A stretch of 64,000 bases of DNA. It comes from an archaeon (GTDB lineage: Archaea; Thermoplasmatota; Thermoplasmata; Methanomassiliicoccales; Methanomethylophilaceae). The DNA is taken from contig JAKSHX010000001.1 of NCBI GenBank assembly GCA_024399155.1, positions 33,116-97,115 of the forward strand, in the 5' to 3' direction. The notes under the pieces are model-generated. The model was not told the origin of the DNA. It ran no database searches and saw nothing but the letters and a program-made list of their open reading frames with translations. The translations under genes were made by a program, and so were the position numbers. Below, piece by piece: positions 1-10,616 of this stretch (its first letter is position 1; every line of letters starts with the position of its first letter).

Positions 1-3000
1 AATATTAATACATCAATTCTTGAGTTTAATAATACAATTATCAATACTGATACGACATCTCTAAAAGAAGCCTACGACCTCCTTAATAAACTTCAATTAG
101 CTATGAGTAAGAGTTCTATGCTTGAAGGAACCGATGTGTTTAGTACTGTTAAGATTGCCGCAGATGATCTGTCTAGTGCGATTGTATTAGCTGAGGGTAA
201 TGCATTATCATTGAAGGATGCATTCGATATACTTGGTCTGGATGGTAAAACAGTTTTTGATCAAGCAGCACTCTCTTTATCTCAGCTTAAAAATATGCTA
301 ATAAATACTGATACCACAGATTTAAAAGAAGCGTTCACTCTTTTGAATAAAGCTCAAACTGCATTAAATAATAACACAAACTTATCAAATGAGAAAACTT
401 ATTTATATTTAAAGAATGATGTTGATTTATTGAGATTAGCACTAGAAGAAGCGGATAGAGGTACAATTTCGCTTGGTGAGGCATTTGCAAATATGAACCT
501 TAGTGCTTCAGATGTAGTAGCTAAGATTAATTTAGAGATGCTACAGCTAAAGGATACAATAATTCAGACTGGAGTTTCTGGAAGTATTTCTATTGGTGAT
601 ATTGAAAATAAATTAACAGCTATGCAAAATCTGCTAAAGAAAACTACTAGGTATCCAGACATAGTTGGTACACCTGAATATGATTCGTTAGACAAGCAAA
701 TTCAATCATTCAGAAAACTTCTATCCACTATAGAAAAAGAAGGAATTTCTGTAGAAGAAGCGTTAAGAAGAATAGGCGTTAACGGGACAGAATTTATTGG
801 TCAGGCTAATAATGCTATTTCAAAATTTAAATTAGGATTATCAAGTGCATCTCCTGTTGTTAGAGATTTAGTAGACGAAACAGCGAGGGCTGCTAAAGCT
901 GCAAAAGAACAACAAGCTCAACTCACGAAAGCATACTCTCTCCTTTCTGCTATGGAGAACGCAGCCACCAAATGGACTGCTGCTAAAACCGGAAAGACAA
1001 GTTCATCATATGCGGATATAACTAATAACATAACTGCTCTTAAGAATTTAATATTAGAATATAAAGATGGTGGTAAAAGCGCAGCTCAATTTAAGCATGA
1101 ACTTGAAGAAATTAAATATTCATTCTCAAGTAATGCAAATACAATTAGAGCTGCTGGAGAAGATACCAGAACATTTGGAGAACAAATTAAAAATGTCACA
1201 AAGCAGTTTGGTGCATGGTTTGGGGTTACTAGAATTGTAATGTATGTTTATAGAACATTAAGACAAATGATAAGCACATCAATAGAGCTTAATGACTCTT
1301 TAACTCAGCTGAAAATTGTAACTAAGAGCACGGATAACGTATATTCTAATTTTGGAGATACAATTGCTGAAGTAGCAAAGAGAGCGGCCTCTTCGGTCTC
1401 TGATATTGTTGACTCTGCAACAGTATATGCAAGACTTGGTTACTCTCTCGAAGAATCAGCGAAGATTGCAGAATATACAGCAAAACTTCAGAATGTTGGT
1501 GATATCGAAGTAGGCGATGCTCAAAATGCTATCACTGCTATTTTAAAGGCTTACGATGATGTTGATGCAAACCACATAGAAGAAGTAATGAATAAACTTA
1601 TTGTAACTGGTAACGGTTTCCCTATTTCTGTATCTCAAATCGCCGAGGGTATGAACAATGCGTCATCAGCTCTTGCTGCAGCGGGTAATAATTTTGAACA
1701 ATCTGTTGCTTTGCTGACTGCAGCTAATACTGTAGTACAGGACGCTGCTAAAGCTTCAACTGGTCTTAGAACAATTGCTGCAAGAATAAGGAGAACTGAT
1801 ACAGAGCTCGATGAGCTTGGAGAAAGTATGACATCAGCTAAGTACGATGAACTTGTTAAGAGCCTGACTAAACTGGATATTGCCCTTGTAGATACAAACA
1901 ATGAATATCGTTCAACATATGATATCATGGCAGATATCGCTTCTAAATGGAACAGTATGACTTCTATGGAACAGTCTGCTTTGGCAGAGGCTGTAGCTGG
2001 TACTAGACAACAAGCTATCTTTTTCAGTTTGATTGAACAGTTTCAAGAAGCATCAGGTGCGATGGATGCTATGGCTAATAGTGCTGGCGCACTTGATGAC
2101 GCATATTCAACATATTTAGATAGTACAACAGCACACATAAATCAGTTTAAAGCTTCGTTTCAAGTTTTATCTTCTAGTTTGTTCAATAATAAAATGTTGT
2201 CATTTATAGTAGATCTTGGTCGTGGCATAGTTGACTTTGCTACAGCACTGCAAAAAGTCCATCTACTTATACCTGGAATTGTTTCAGGTATAGCTGCAAT
2301 TAAAACTCTTAAATTAATACCAGAGACCATTAGAACAGAAAAAGAAGTCATGAATTTAACTGGTAAATTGATTCTCAATAAATCGGTTACAGAAGAATTA
2401 AAGACTTCGGTGATGGGGTTAACAGTTGCTCAGAAAAAACGTGTACGTTCAGATATTGAGGCGGCAATAACTGCAGGAACATTAAGTGAGACTGAGGGTA
2501 AGGAAATCTTAGCAACCTTACAGCTTACAACGGCGGAAGAAATATTAGAGTCGGAGAATCAAAAGTTAGGCATAAGTTTTAAAGCGTTAGGAGCGTCAAT
2601 ACCTTTTTGGGGATGGATATCATTAATATCTTCTGTTATCTTTACTATTGTTGGCTTGACGAGAGTTACTCAAGAACATGTTAATAAATTAAAGGAATTA
2701 TCAGAAGAATATGACGATTTTGAATCAAAGATTAAAGATTATAAAAACGCTATAGAAGAAATTGATACTTCTATGGATACTGAGGCAGAGAAAGTCCAAA
2801 AGTTAAATGATCTCCGTAAGGAGATGGAAATTACTTACGGAAAAGAAATTGATGCCGTAAACAGTACTGCAGAGGCTCATGAAAACTTAAATCGAATTCT
2901 TCGTGACGAAGAACGTCAGGCTCGTCTGGATTATTTAGAAGATACCGCTACTGATTACGAAAGATTAAAGACGCTTGTTGAAGATGTTTCAAATGTAGAA

Positions 3001-5424
3001 AGTCATGTTGGGTTTAAAAATGGTATTAAGGGATTTTCGATTGATCAAAGAAATGTATCAGAGCAAATACAGGATTTATTTGATAACTTTGAGTTAGACC
3101 TTGGTGGAAGAAAATCTTCTGGTGGTGTTACTTATACTATAGGTATTAACGCCGAGACTCAGATAGAACAGTATAAAGAAGTTAAGAAAGTTTATGATCA
3201 GCTTTATAAGATAAGGGAAAATAGAGCGAAAGAATTTACTCAGGCCGAAGAAGCAGTCTTTCAGTCTGTAAAACGTAGGTATGAAGGTTTACGAGAATTA
3301 CTTTATACTGGAGAGAATGGCGATGTTGAATCTCAGCTGATACAAAGAGCTACAGCTACAGCAAGAAATATAATGGACGCTAATCCTCAATGGACACGTT
3401 CAATTGAGGATTGGAGAAAACTATTAATTGAAAAGGCTAAGGGCGATGAATTTGTTATTGATGCCATTAACAGACTTATTAGCGAAATGTCCCCTGCTCT
3501 TGAAGATACGGAAAATGTTTTAGACGGAATTATTTCTGATTTAGATAGAATAAGTGGAAGAATGGAAGAGTTCTCTGCTAATATGGAGTCAGCTAATAAA
3601 TATTTTGAAGACTTAGCTAAAGTATTTAAAACTAATAATGATGCTGATAAATTCTTTTCTGCTTCTGAAATAATTGAACTTCTTGAAAAGTATCCTGAAC
3701 TATCAAATTCTATTTTAAAAACATCAGAGGGTTATAAAATAGAGAGTGATGCTTTAGAACAATTAAGAGAAACAAAGTTAAGAGAACAAAAAGATGCTCT
3801 TATAGCTCAACTTCAGGAGACATATAATTTAGCAAACTTGACTCGAAAACGTTTAGAAGACTACGAAAAGGAAATCGATGGAGTAAATGATTTAGCCAGT
3901 GCAAAGATAAGGCTTGCTGAAATTGAAACTCAAATTGATAATGTTCGTAATTCAAGTATACCTGACATGCTCAAAACAAAAATGATTGAGCAGCTTAATA
4001 TTCAAAAGGCTCAGGTGAATGGTTATATTCAGGCTTCGGAAGAACTTGACAAATATAATGATTCTATTGATAAGAGTAGAGTTCAGATCGAAGTGTTAGG
4101 TACGGTTTTTGATGAGGCTGAAGATGATATTGAAGATACCACAAAAGCACTTAATGAACAAAAGTCTGCTATTAAAGATTTAAGTGATGAATATAAAGAC
4201 GCTCAAGATGCTATAAATGATTTAATCAAACTCACTATGGAGATGATTAAGAAACAGAAAGAGCTTGAAAAGGAAGCACTTAAAGAGCAGCTTGAAAATT
4301 ATAAAAAGTTAATAGATAAGAAGAAAGAATTAATTGATCTTGAAAAAGACCAATATGAATTCGAAAAGGATCTTAAAGAACAGAATAAAAATGTCCTTGA
4401 TTTACAGCAAGAGCTTGATGCTCTTAGTGTTGAGGGTGCGGAATATAGCCTTGAAGATATGAAGCGAAAAGCTGAACTTCAAGAAAAATTAAGTGATGCA
4501 CAACAAGAACGTTCTGACTTTTTATACGATCATGAAGTTGATGTAAGAAAAGATGCTTTAGATAAAGAAAAGGAAATGTTTGAGGATAATATCACTACTC
4601 AAACTAAAGCAATTGAAGATTATCTTAAGCATGAGGGTTGGATAAGACAAGATGCTATAAATCTTATTAATAGTAAGACTCAAGAGTTTTACAATGATTT
4701 ATATTATTATACTCTTACATATACAACCAAGTCAGATTATGAGTTTAATAAGTTATGGAATGATGCTTATGACGCTCTTGAAAAATATGGTAATGGACAA
4801 ATTGATGTTAGTGCAGTACTTGCTTTCCTTGCAATGCAAATTGAAGATTGTGATAACAAAATCAAAACATTAGAGGAAAGTATTAATAGTGCTAAAAATT
4901 CTGTTGGAGGATTAGCTGATACTATTATCAACAAAATGGGTGAGGCTGCGGAAGTAACTGGCATTTTATTAGATGAAATGGAAGCAGTTAACGAAGTGGC
5001 TAATGGAACACAAAGACATATCCCTGGAACTCCGATTGTATCACCAGGCCACAGTTATTGGAGCAAACCAGATCTTCTCGGCGGACTTAAAACATATCAT
5101 TCCGGTGGTATTGTTGAGGGTGGCAGTAGTCTGAATAAGTACACAGAAGTGTTAGCTAAGTTAATGAGTGGTGAAGTTGTTATAACTCCGAACCAAGCTA
5201 AAACATTTATGAGTAAAACTCTCCCTACACTCTCTACATCAAATGTAACTAATAATCAGATGTCCCCTGCTATTTCTATTGGAGACATAAATATAAGTGG
5301 TAACGCTGACTCAAGCACGGTATCACAACTTAAAGAAATACAGAAAGAAATCGTTGATAGTGTATTTAAAGCTGTTAATGGACAGCGTAATTTATACAAC
5401 GGCGGTAAAGTACGTATGGCATAA
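1..5424 (+). CDS. Tail tape measure protein (5' end upstream of window; frame 1 open from nt 1)
   Basis: 1773+ aa ORF with no stop from base 1. Coiled-coil-rich, with a central hydrophobic block. Repeated units INTDTT[SD]LKEA[YF]..LLNK at nt 40-102 and 298-360. Followed directly by Dit/Tal-like genes. Confidence 0.85.
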   Translation, partial: NINTSILEFNNTIINTDTTSLKEAYDLLNKLQLAMSKSSMLEGTDVFSTVKIAADDLSSAIVLAEGNALSLKDAFDILGLDGKTVFDQAALSLSQLKNMLINTDTTDLKEAFTLLNKAQTALNNNTNLSNEKTYLYLKNDVDLLRLALEEADRGTISLGEAFANMNLSASDVVAKINLEMLQLKDTIIQTGVSGSISIGDIENKLTAMQNLLKKTTRYPDIVGTPEYDSLDKQIQSFRKLLSTIEKEGISVEEALRRIGVNGTEFIGQANNAISKFKLGLSSASPVVRDLVDETARAAKAAKEQQAQLTKAYSLLSAMENAATKWTAAKTGKTSSSYADITNNITALKNLILEYKDGGKSAAQFKHELEEIKYSFSSNANTIRAAGEDTRTFGEQIKNVTKQFGAWFGVTRIVMYVYRTLRQMISTSIELNDSLTQLKIVTKSTDNVYSNFGDTIAEVAKRAASSVSDIVDSATVYARLGYSLEESAKIAEYTAKLQNVGDIEVGDAQNAITAILKAYDDVDANHIEEVMNKLIVTGNGFPISVSQIAEGMNNASSALAAAGNNFEQSVALLTAANTVVQDAAKASTGLRTIAARIRRTDTELDELGESMTSAKYDELVKSLTKLDIALVDTNNEYRSTYDIMADIASKWNSMTSMEQSALAEAVAGTRQQAIFFSLIEQFQEASGAMDAMANSAGALDDAYSTYLDSTTAHINQFKASFQVLSSSLFNNKMLSFIVDLGRGIVDFATALQKVHLLIPGIVSGIAAIKTLKLIPETIRTEKEVMNLTGKLILNKSVTEELKTSVMGLTVAQKKRVRSDIEAAITAGTLSETEGKEILATLQLTTAEEILESENQKLGISFKALGASIPFWGWISLISSVIFTIVGLTRVTQEHVNKLKELSEEYDDFESKIKDYKNAIEEIDTSMDTEAEKVQKLNDLRKEMEITYGKEIDAVNSTAEAHENLNRILRDEERQARLDYLEDTATDYERLKTLVEDVSNVESHVGFKNGIKGFSIDQRNVSEQIQDLFDNFELDLGGRKSSGGVTYTIGINAETQIEQYKEVKKVYDQLYKIRENRAKEFTQAEEAVFQSVKRRYEGLRELLYTGENGDVESQLIQRATATARNIMDANPQWTRSIEDWRKLLIEKAKGDEFVIDAINRLISEMSPALEDTENVLDGIISDLDRISGRMEEFSANMESANKYFEDLAKVFKTNNDADKFFSASEIIELLEKYPELSNSILKTSEGYKIESDALEQLRETKLREQKDALIAQLQETYNLANLTRKRLEDYEKEIDGVNDLASAKIRLAEIETQIDNVRNSSIPDMLKTKMIEQLNIQKAQVNGYIQASEELDKYNDSIDKSRVQIEVLGTVFDEAEDDIEDTTKALNEQKSAIKDLSDEYKDAQDAINDLIKLTMEMIKKQKELEKEALKEQLENYKKLIDKKKELIDLEKDQYEFEKDLKEQNKNVLDLQQELDALSVEGAEYSLEDMKRKAELQEKLSDAQQERSDFLYDHEVDVRKDALDKEKEMFEDNITTQTKAIEDYLKHEGWIRQDAINLINSKTQEFYNDLYYYTLTYTTKSDYEFNKLWNDAYDALEKYGNGQIDVSAVLAFLAMQIEDCDNKIKTLEESINSAKNSVGGLADTIINKMGEAAEVTGILLDEMEAVNEVANGTQRHIPGTPIVSPGHSYWSKPDLLGGLKTYHSGGIVEGGSSLNKYTEVLAKLMSGEVVITPNQAKTFMSKTLPTLSTSNVTNNQMSPAISIGDINISGNADSSTVSQLKEIQKEIVDSVFKAVNGQRNLYNGGKVRMA

Positions 5425-5434
5425 TTTTTATTGT

Positions 5435-5456
5435 GGAGGGCTCGCAAGAACCCTCC
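5435..5456 (+). terminator. Stem-loop GGAGGG-N10-CCCTCC between tape measure and next gene (weak terminator/attenuator)
   Basis: Perfect 6-bp GC stem followed by CTATTATTTAT. It overlaps the GTG-extended start of the next ORF, which favours the ATG at 5484. Confidence 0.3.
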
Positions 5457-5483
5457 CTATTATTTATAAAAGGCGGTGAAAAA

Positions 5484-6284
5484 ATGTTTAATGCTTTTGA
5501 TTTTATTTATGACGGTAAATCCAGTATCTCAGAAAATGTAAAAATGTTATACGTCGAAAACAGTGTATTTGAATTTGTCAAAAGTATCCCTGATAAAGAA
5601 ATCAGTATGTTTAAAACTAAACAGTCAAGCAAGTGGAATATTATTGGTGTGGATCACACTGAGCCACTTAGTTTTGAAATGCAAATTATGATATACAGTG
5701 ATGATGTAGACTTATATGCAAATGGAAATCCGTTAATAAAGCGCAATCATCTTTCCAGAATAACTCACTGGTTATTTGATCATACAGATTATAAAAAGCT
5801 TCAAATACTAACAGATGAAATGAAAGATTTGTACTTCATGGCGATATTTCAAAATGTAGACTTTTTTGAAGCAGGCGGGGATGTATGTGGATTTAAAGTC
5901 ACCGTCCTTTGTGATACTATTGGAGCATACGAAGAAAAGACTATAAAAAAGAATTGTAGCGGAAATACATCGTTTGCAATACAATGTCCTAATGATGGTA
6001 TTTATGAAATACATCCTAAATATACGATTAAGCTGACAGATGGTGCTGCTGATATAACTGTAAATGGTAAACTACTGCAGCTAAAATCTTTGACGCCTGG
6101 ATCAACTATCACTATCGATACTGAAACTTTAATTACAGAGTCAAGCGTTGGAGATAACCTTTATGTCGAGGGACGTTATAATAAAGCTTTCCCGGTTTTA
6201 GCCTATGGAAAGAATGTCGTTCAGGTAGACGGTAACTGTGTTGTGTCAATAAATTATAAGTTAATAAAAGAGGTGGGCTGCTAA
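5484..6284 (+). CDS. Distal tail protein (Dit)-like
   Basis: Lies immediately after the tape measure. Size is about 266 aa from ATG 5484 (RBS AGGCGGTGA). The ATGA overlap with the next gene fits the siphovirus order TMP-Dit-Tal. Confidence 0.55.
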   Translation: MFNAFDFIYDGKSSISENVKMLYVENSVFEFVKSIPDKEISMFKTKQSSKWNIIGVDHTEPLSFEMQIMIYSDDVDLYANGNPLIKRNHLSRITHWLFDHTDYKKLQILTDEMKDLYFMAIFQNVDFFEAGGDVCGFKVTVLCDTIGAYEEKTIKKNCSGNTSFAIQCPNDGIYEIHPKYTIKLTDGAADITVNGKLLQLKSLTPGSTITIDTETLITESSVGDNLYVEGRYNKAFPVLAYGKNVVQVDGNCVVSINYKLIKEVGC

Positions 6285-9181
6285 TGAAGTTTGAATTTAA
6301 TTCATTAAATAGGATTGAGCCCCCTAAGATAGCATTGTGTCGAGTTGATACTCAAATGCTTGGATTTTTAAATCCTACAAATATTGTAATCAAACCCACG
6401 TTTTGTTCTGTAACCGAATTAACATTTACTGTATATGAGGGCACGAATTTTTATGACTCAGTTAGGAAGTATATGGTGTTAGAAGTTGATGGGTTTGGTA
6501 GATTTGAAATATCTGATTCGTCAGAAACTAACGACGGCGATACAAGATATAAAGAAGTGACAGCTCAGTCATATGAAGTATCTTTGAACGCTATTACTCT
6601 TACGTTTAAAGATGATCAAGTATATTCATTATGGGATCCAATTAATCCTGAGAAAACTCTTCTTGGTATTATTTCCTCTCAGACGGGTTGGACAATTGCC
6701 CATGTTGATGTTGACTTATTAATAAAAATGAGAACACTCAGTATTGACAATGAACAAGTATATGGGTTGTTAATGGGAGATATCGCCGATGCTTTTAAAT
6801 GTTATTTTGTATTTGACACAATGGCTAAAACGATATCATGTTATCAGCGTGATGGTTTAATCCTTAATTCAGGAGTGAACTTAAGCTTCAGAAATTTAAT
6901 AGAAGAAATGAATATATCAGAGAGCTCTGAAGAAATTACCACTGCTCTTACTGTTGTAGGTGCTGAAGGAACGGGTATCAATCTTGTTAATCCTTTAGGT
7001 AACAATGTTATTTATAACTTTGGATATTTTATGACAGATAAACCTTGGGGTATGCCTCTTGACTTACAGGATGCAGTTAATGAATGGCTGCAAAAGATAG
7101 AAGATAACAGAGTTGATTATGCAGATTTGGTTACTAGACAAAGAGATTTGTCAATAGATATTACTACTCTGGACGGAGAATTAAGAGTGTTACAGGCTGA
7201 ACATAAAGCTCTCCTTGATGCTCAAAGTGTTGCTATAGCTGGTGATAATAACGAAAGATTAAGAGAATTATATCCTCTTATCCAAGAAAAAGAAAGCCAG
7301 ATTTCTGCAAAAGAAGCAGCAAAACAGGAAAAGGAATCTGAGAGAGAAAGATGTATTGAAAGTAAAAGTGCAATTACAACAAGCCTTTCCTTTAAGAATA
7401 ATTTTACTGATGAGCAATACGAAATATTAAAATACTACATTAAAGGTATGGTTTATGAGAATGAGAATTTCGTATTTACTTCTATAATGACTGAGGCAGA
7501 AAAGATTAATATAGCTAACCAGTTATATGAACAAGGTCAACAAATGGCAAGAAAACTATCCGTACCACTGTGCGAGTTCGAAGTTAAGGTGCCAGGATTT
7601 CTTTTCAATAAAGGATATGAACTGTTTGCTAAGTCATTAGAATTGGGCACAGCAGTGAATCTTGAATTAGAACCTGATGTATGGGTGGAGCCAACTTTAC
7701 TTCAAGTAGTAATTGATTATGACAACCCAGAAAGTACTACAATTGTTCTTTCAGATAATTTTAGATTAATGGGAGATGTTTATGAATTTTCAAGAGGTTA
7801 TAATGAATCAGTAAAAGCTTCAAGGAAAACTTCTATGACAGCACCTTTATGGGACGAGCCACTTAGAAATGGTTTCTATAGTACGGTTGGTGATTACATA
7901 AATAACGCACTTAACCTTGCCAATCAGGAAATAATTAATGCAAGTAATCAGGAATTTACTATGGGTTCATATGGATTACGTGGAAAGATGTACGACGAAG
8001 AATCAGATTCATATGATCCTCATCAGGTTGCTATGACAAATAATGTCATAGCTTTTACAGATAATAATTGGCAGTCAACCAGAACTGCTCTTGGCAGAGT
8101 TACAATTGGCACCACTGAGTATTATGGGCTTGTGGCTGAGGCGGTTGTTGGTAATCTTATTGCCGGTGAGCAGCTTACTATATCTAATACAAACAATTCA
8201 TTTGTTTTAAATTCTTCTGGAGCCACACTGACCAATGCAGATTTTACTGTGGTGTCTGGCAAGAGTAGAATCAAAATCTCTCCTGTCGAAGGATTTAAAA
8301 TTCAGAAGCTTAAAGACGGAACGACAGATGTATGGGAAGATGTGTTATCAGAAGATACCGAAGGTAAAATAATTGCCAAGTCAATTAAACTTGAGACGAG
8401 CGATATAGGTGGATGGACTACTACTGCGGACGGACTCTCCTCTCCTACTGGAGATTATATAAATAGTAACGGAACGGGCAAACTGAGCCTTTTATCATGG
8501 AATAATAGCTCTGCGACTTTTGATGGGAATATCTATGCAAACAATCTTTACTGGAGATATGGAGAAGGTAGTTATGCAAGTATATTCTCTAATGGAACTA
8601 TGGGTGGAAGCTGGCTTACGAATGGCTCGGTTGGTAAAGCTAAGCTTGATACTCTCTGGGTTAATGAAATTGACGGCGTGATTGCTAAGTTTGATGAAAT
8701 ATATGCAGACCTTATTACCGCTAATGTTCTTAAGACTAAATATCTTATCACTGATGATGGTGTATTTGGAGGTTCTATTACAATCGGTGATGATGAAAAT
8801 AATAGATCACAAATATGGTCAAGTAAGGATTATGTTGACACACAGCATCAATCTGTCCATAGAATTCATATGTGGTCTTCTGGCGGATATGAGTTTTCAT
8901 CAGCCGAGGGAGATGCTTTACCTTGTATTATTCATCCGTGGATTATAGCTGACAATGGAATTTCAAGTCAGGACACGATTACAATAACTTCAACTCAAGG
9001 CGATGATTATACTGTTCTTGAAGTGGATGGTATAGCTGATTTTAAGAAGAAGGTTAGATTTAGAGACGAGATTATGGTTCAACAAGAAGGTAATGATTTG
9101 TATGGCACAACGTATCAAGAAACCGATATTGATGGCCATCATATCAAGGTCGTAAATGGCATTATCGTTGAATTTACTTAA
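6284..9181 (+). CDS. Tail-associated/baseplate hub protein (Tal-like minor structural protein)
   Basis: 965 aa, translationally coupled to the Dit-like gene. Central coiled coil (LRVLQAEHKALLDAQ...) and a beta-rich C-terminal part. Call is positional. Confidence 0.55.
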   Translation: MKFEFNSLNRIEPPKIALCRVDTQMLGFLNPTNIVIKPTFCSVTELTFTVYEGTNFYDSVRKYMVLEVDGFGRFEISDSSETNDGDTRYKEVTAQSYEVSLNAITLTFKDDQVYSLWDPINPEKTLLGIISSQTGWTIAHVDVDLLIKMRTLSIDNEQVYGLLMGDIADAFKCYFVFDTMAKTISCYQRDGLILNSGVNLSFRNLIEEMNISESSEEITTALTVVGAEGTGINLVNPLGNNVIYNFGYFMTDKPWGMPLDLQDAVNEWLQKIEDNRVDYADLVTRQRDLSIDITTLDGELRVLQAEHKALLDAQSVAIAGDNNERLRELYPLIQEKESQISAKEAAKQEKESERERCIESKSAITTSLSFKNNFTDEQYEILKYYIKGMVYENENFVFTSIMTEAEKINIANQLYEQGQQMARKLSVPLCEFEVKVPGFLFNKGYELFAKSLELGTAVNLELEPDVWVEPTLLQVVIDYDNPESTTIVLSDNFRLMGDVYEFSRGYNESVKASRKTSMTAPLWDEPLRNGFYSTVGDYINNALNLANQEIINASNQEFTMGSYGLRGKMYDEESDSYDPHQVAMTNNVIAFTDNNWQSTRTALGRVTIGTTEYYGLVAEAVVGNLIAGEQLTISNTNNSFVLNSSGATLTNADFTVVSGKSRIKISPVEGFKIQKLKDGTTDVWEDVLSEDTEGKIIAKSIKLETSDIGGWTTTADGLSSPTGDYINSNGTGKLSLLSWNNSSATFDGNIYANNLYWRYGEGSYASIFSNGTMGGSWLTNGSVGKAKLDTLWVNEIDGVIAKFDEIYADLITANVLKTKYLITDDGVFGGSITIGDDENNRSQIWSSKDYVDTQHQSVHRIHMWSSGGYEFSSAEGDALPCIIHPWIIADNGISSQDTITITSTQGDDYTVLEVDGIADFKKKVRFRDEIMVQQEGNDLYGTTYQETDIDGHHIKVVNGIIVEFT

Positions 9182-9196
9182 AGGAGAATGAAAGGA

Positions 9197-9355
9197 ATGG
9201 ATAAACAAAATATTGCAAAAGAACTTGCAGATGTAATTAATATTATTGCATCGATGAATTTTAAAGGTTCGGATTGCCCAAGCGTTGTTAATATATATAA
9301 CATACTCGGAAAAGCAATTAAAGAACTTAGTGAAGAACAAGAGAAAGGAAGATGA
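9197..9355 (+). CDS. Small hypothetical protein (52 aa)
   Basis: ATG preceded by AAGGAG. It fills the gap between Tal and the endolysin. Hand translation: MDKQNIAKELADVINIIASMNFKGSDCPSVVNIYNILGKAIKELSEEQEKGR. Confidence 0.4.
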   Translation: MDKQNIAKELADVINIIASMNFKGSDCPSVVNIYNILGKAIKELSEEQEKGR

Positions 9356-9361
9356 TTAATT

Positions 9362-10270
9362 ATGACAACAACTGGTATTGACCTTTCGACATATAACGGA
9401 AACGTTAATTTTAATGAACTCAAGAAAGACGTTGATTTTGTTATTCTTAAATCAGGATACGGTAAATCAGCAACTCAGGTAGCTGAGAAATTTGAAGTAA
9501 ACTACAGAGAAGCTAAAGCAGCTGGTATTCCTGTTGGAGTTTATCATTACTGCTATGCTACATCTGTTGCAGAAGCGAAACAGGAAGCTGAAGCTTGTAT
9601 TGCTATCCTTAGAGGAAAACAATTGGAATTTCCTGTATTTTATGACGTAGAGGAAAATATGACCTTCGCTCGTGGCAAATCTGTTGTATCAGATATTATA
9701 AGGACATTCTGTAGCACTCTTGAAGCAGCTGGATATTATGTCGGACTTTATATGAGCAAAGCACATCTTATGACATATGTATCTGAAGATGTTCGTAATA
9801 GATACTCAGTGTGGGTAGCTCAGTATTACTATGAATGTACATATCCAAATGCTTACGGTATGTGGCAGTATTCAGACGATGGCAGAGTAAGAGGTATTAA
9901 CGGTGCTGTCGATATGGACAAGTGCTATGTTGATTATGAAAAGATAATCAAAGCGAATGGACTTAATGGTTTTCCGAAGCCTGAAACTCCTAAGACAGAA
10001 GAGTTTAAACCAGAAGCACCTAAACCGATTGAGCAGCTAAAACCTGAAGCAAAGAAGCTCCCTGTTGTTAAGAAGGGCGATAAAGGCGAAACAGTAAAGA
10101 TTGCTCAGACAATACTTGAGCTTAAAGGTTATGACCTCTCCCCTTATAGCTCAGATGGAGATTTCGGAAATCTCACAGAAAAACGTGTCAAGGAATATCA
10201 GACAAAGGCAAATATAAATGTCACAGGCATCATCGACGAACAGACATGGATTTCGCTGATCGGAGGTTGA
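9362..10270 (+). CDS. Endolysin: GH25 muramidase with C-terminal peptidoglycan-binding domain
   Basis: N-terminus GIDLSTYNGNVNFNELKKDVDFVILKSGYG...GIPVGVYHY follows the GH25 pattern. A PEx-rich linker precedes the C-terminus GDKGETVKIAQTILELKGYDL...DGDFGNLTEKRVKEYQ (PG_binding_1-like). Confidence 0.85.
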   Translation: MTTTGIDLSTYNGNVNFNELKKDVDFVILKSGYGKSATQVAEKFEVNYREAKAAGIPVGVYHYCYATSVAEAKQEAEACIAILRGKQLEFPVFYDVEENMTFARGKSVVSDIIRTFCSTLEAAGYYVGLYMSKAHLMTYVSEDVRNRYSVWVAQYYYECTYPNAYGMWQYSDDGRVRGINGAVDMDKCYVDYEKIIKANGLNGFPKPETPKTEEFKPEAPKPIEQLKPEAKKLPVVKKGDKGETVKIAQTILELKGYDLSPYSSDGDFGNLTEKRVKEYQTKANINVTGIIDEQTWISLIGG

Positions 10271-10274
10271 TGAC

Positions 10275-10616
10275 ATGACAATACAGAGAATTGATGATGT
10301 AACAATTGCTCGTGGCGGTTGTTACAATCCTCAGTTCGTATTTGTCAACGAGGATGGTAGTATTCCAGATTACTCTAACTATACTGGATACTACATTCTC
10401 TCTGTGTACGGACTTGAGGATGAAAATGTAATTTCAATCACGATGGAACTTACAGATACAAACATCTTTACAGCTATGCTTAATAGTGCTGATACTGATA
10501 TTGAACCGGGAACATATACTGCAAAAATAATACTTGTAGATGAAAATGGAAATCAGTATAAGCCTTGTCGTGGAGTTATTAGTATCCTTAATGACACGAT
10601 GGAGGTGGATGCATAA
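10275..10616 (+). CDS. Hypothetical protein (structural-module small beta protein)
   Basis: 113-aa ORF in the operon, with an ATGA-type overlap to the next gene. Confidence 0.5.
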   Translation: MTIQRIDDVTIARGGCYNPQFVFVNEDGSIPDYSNYTGYYILSVYGLEDENVISITMELTDTNIFTAMLNSADTDIEPGTYTAKIILVDENGNQYKPCRGVISILNDTMEVDA

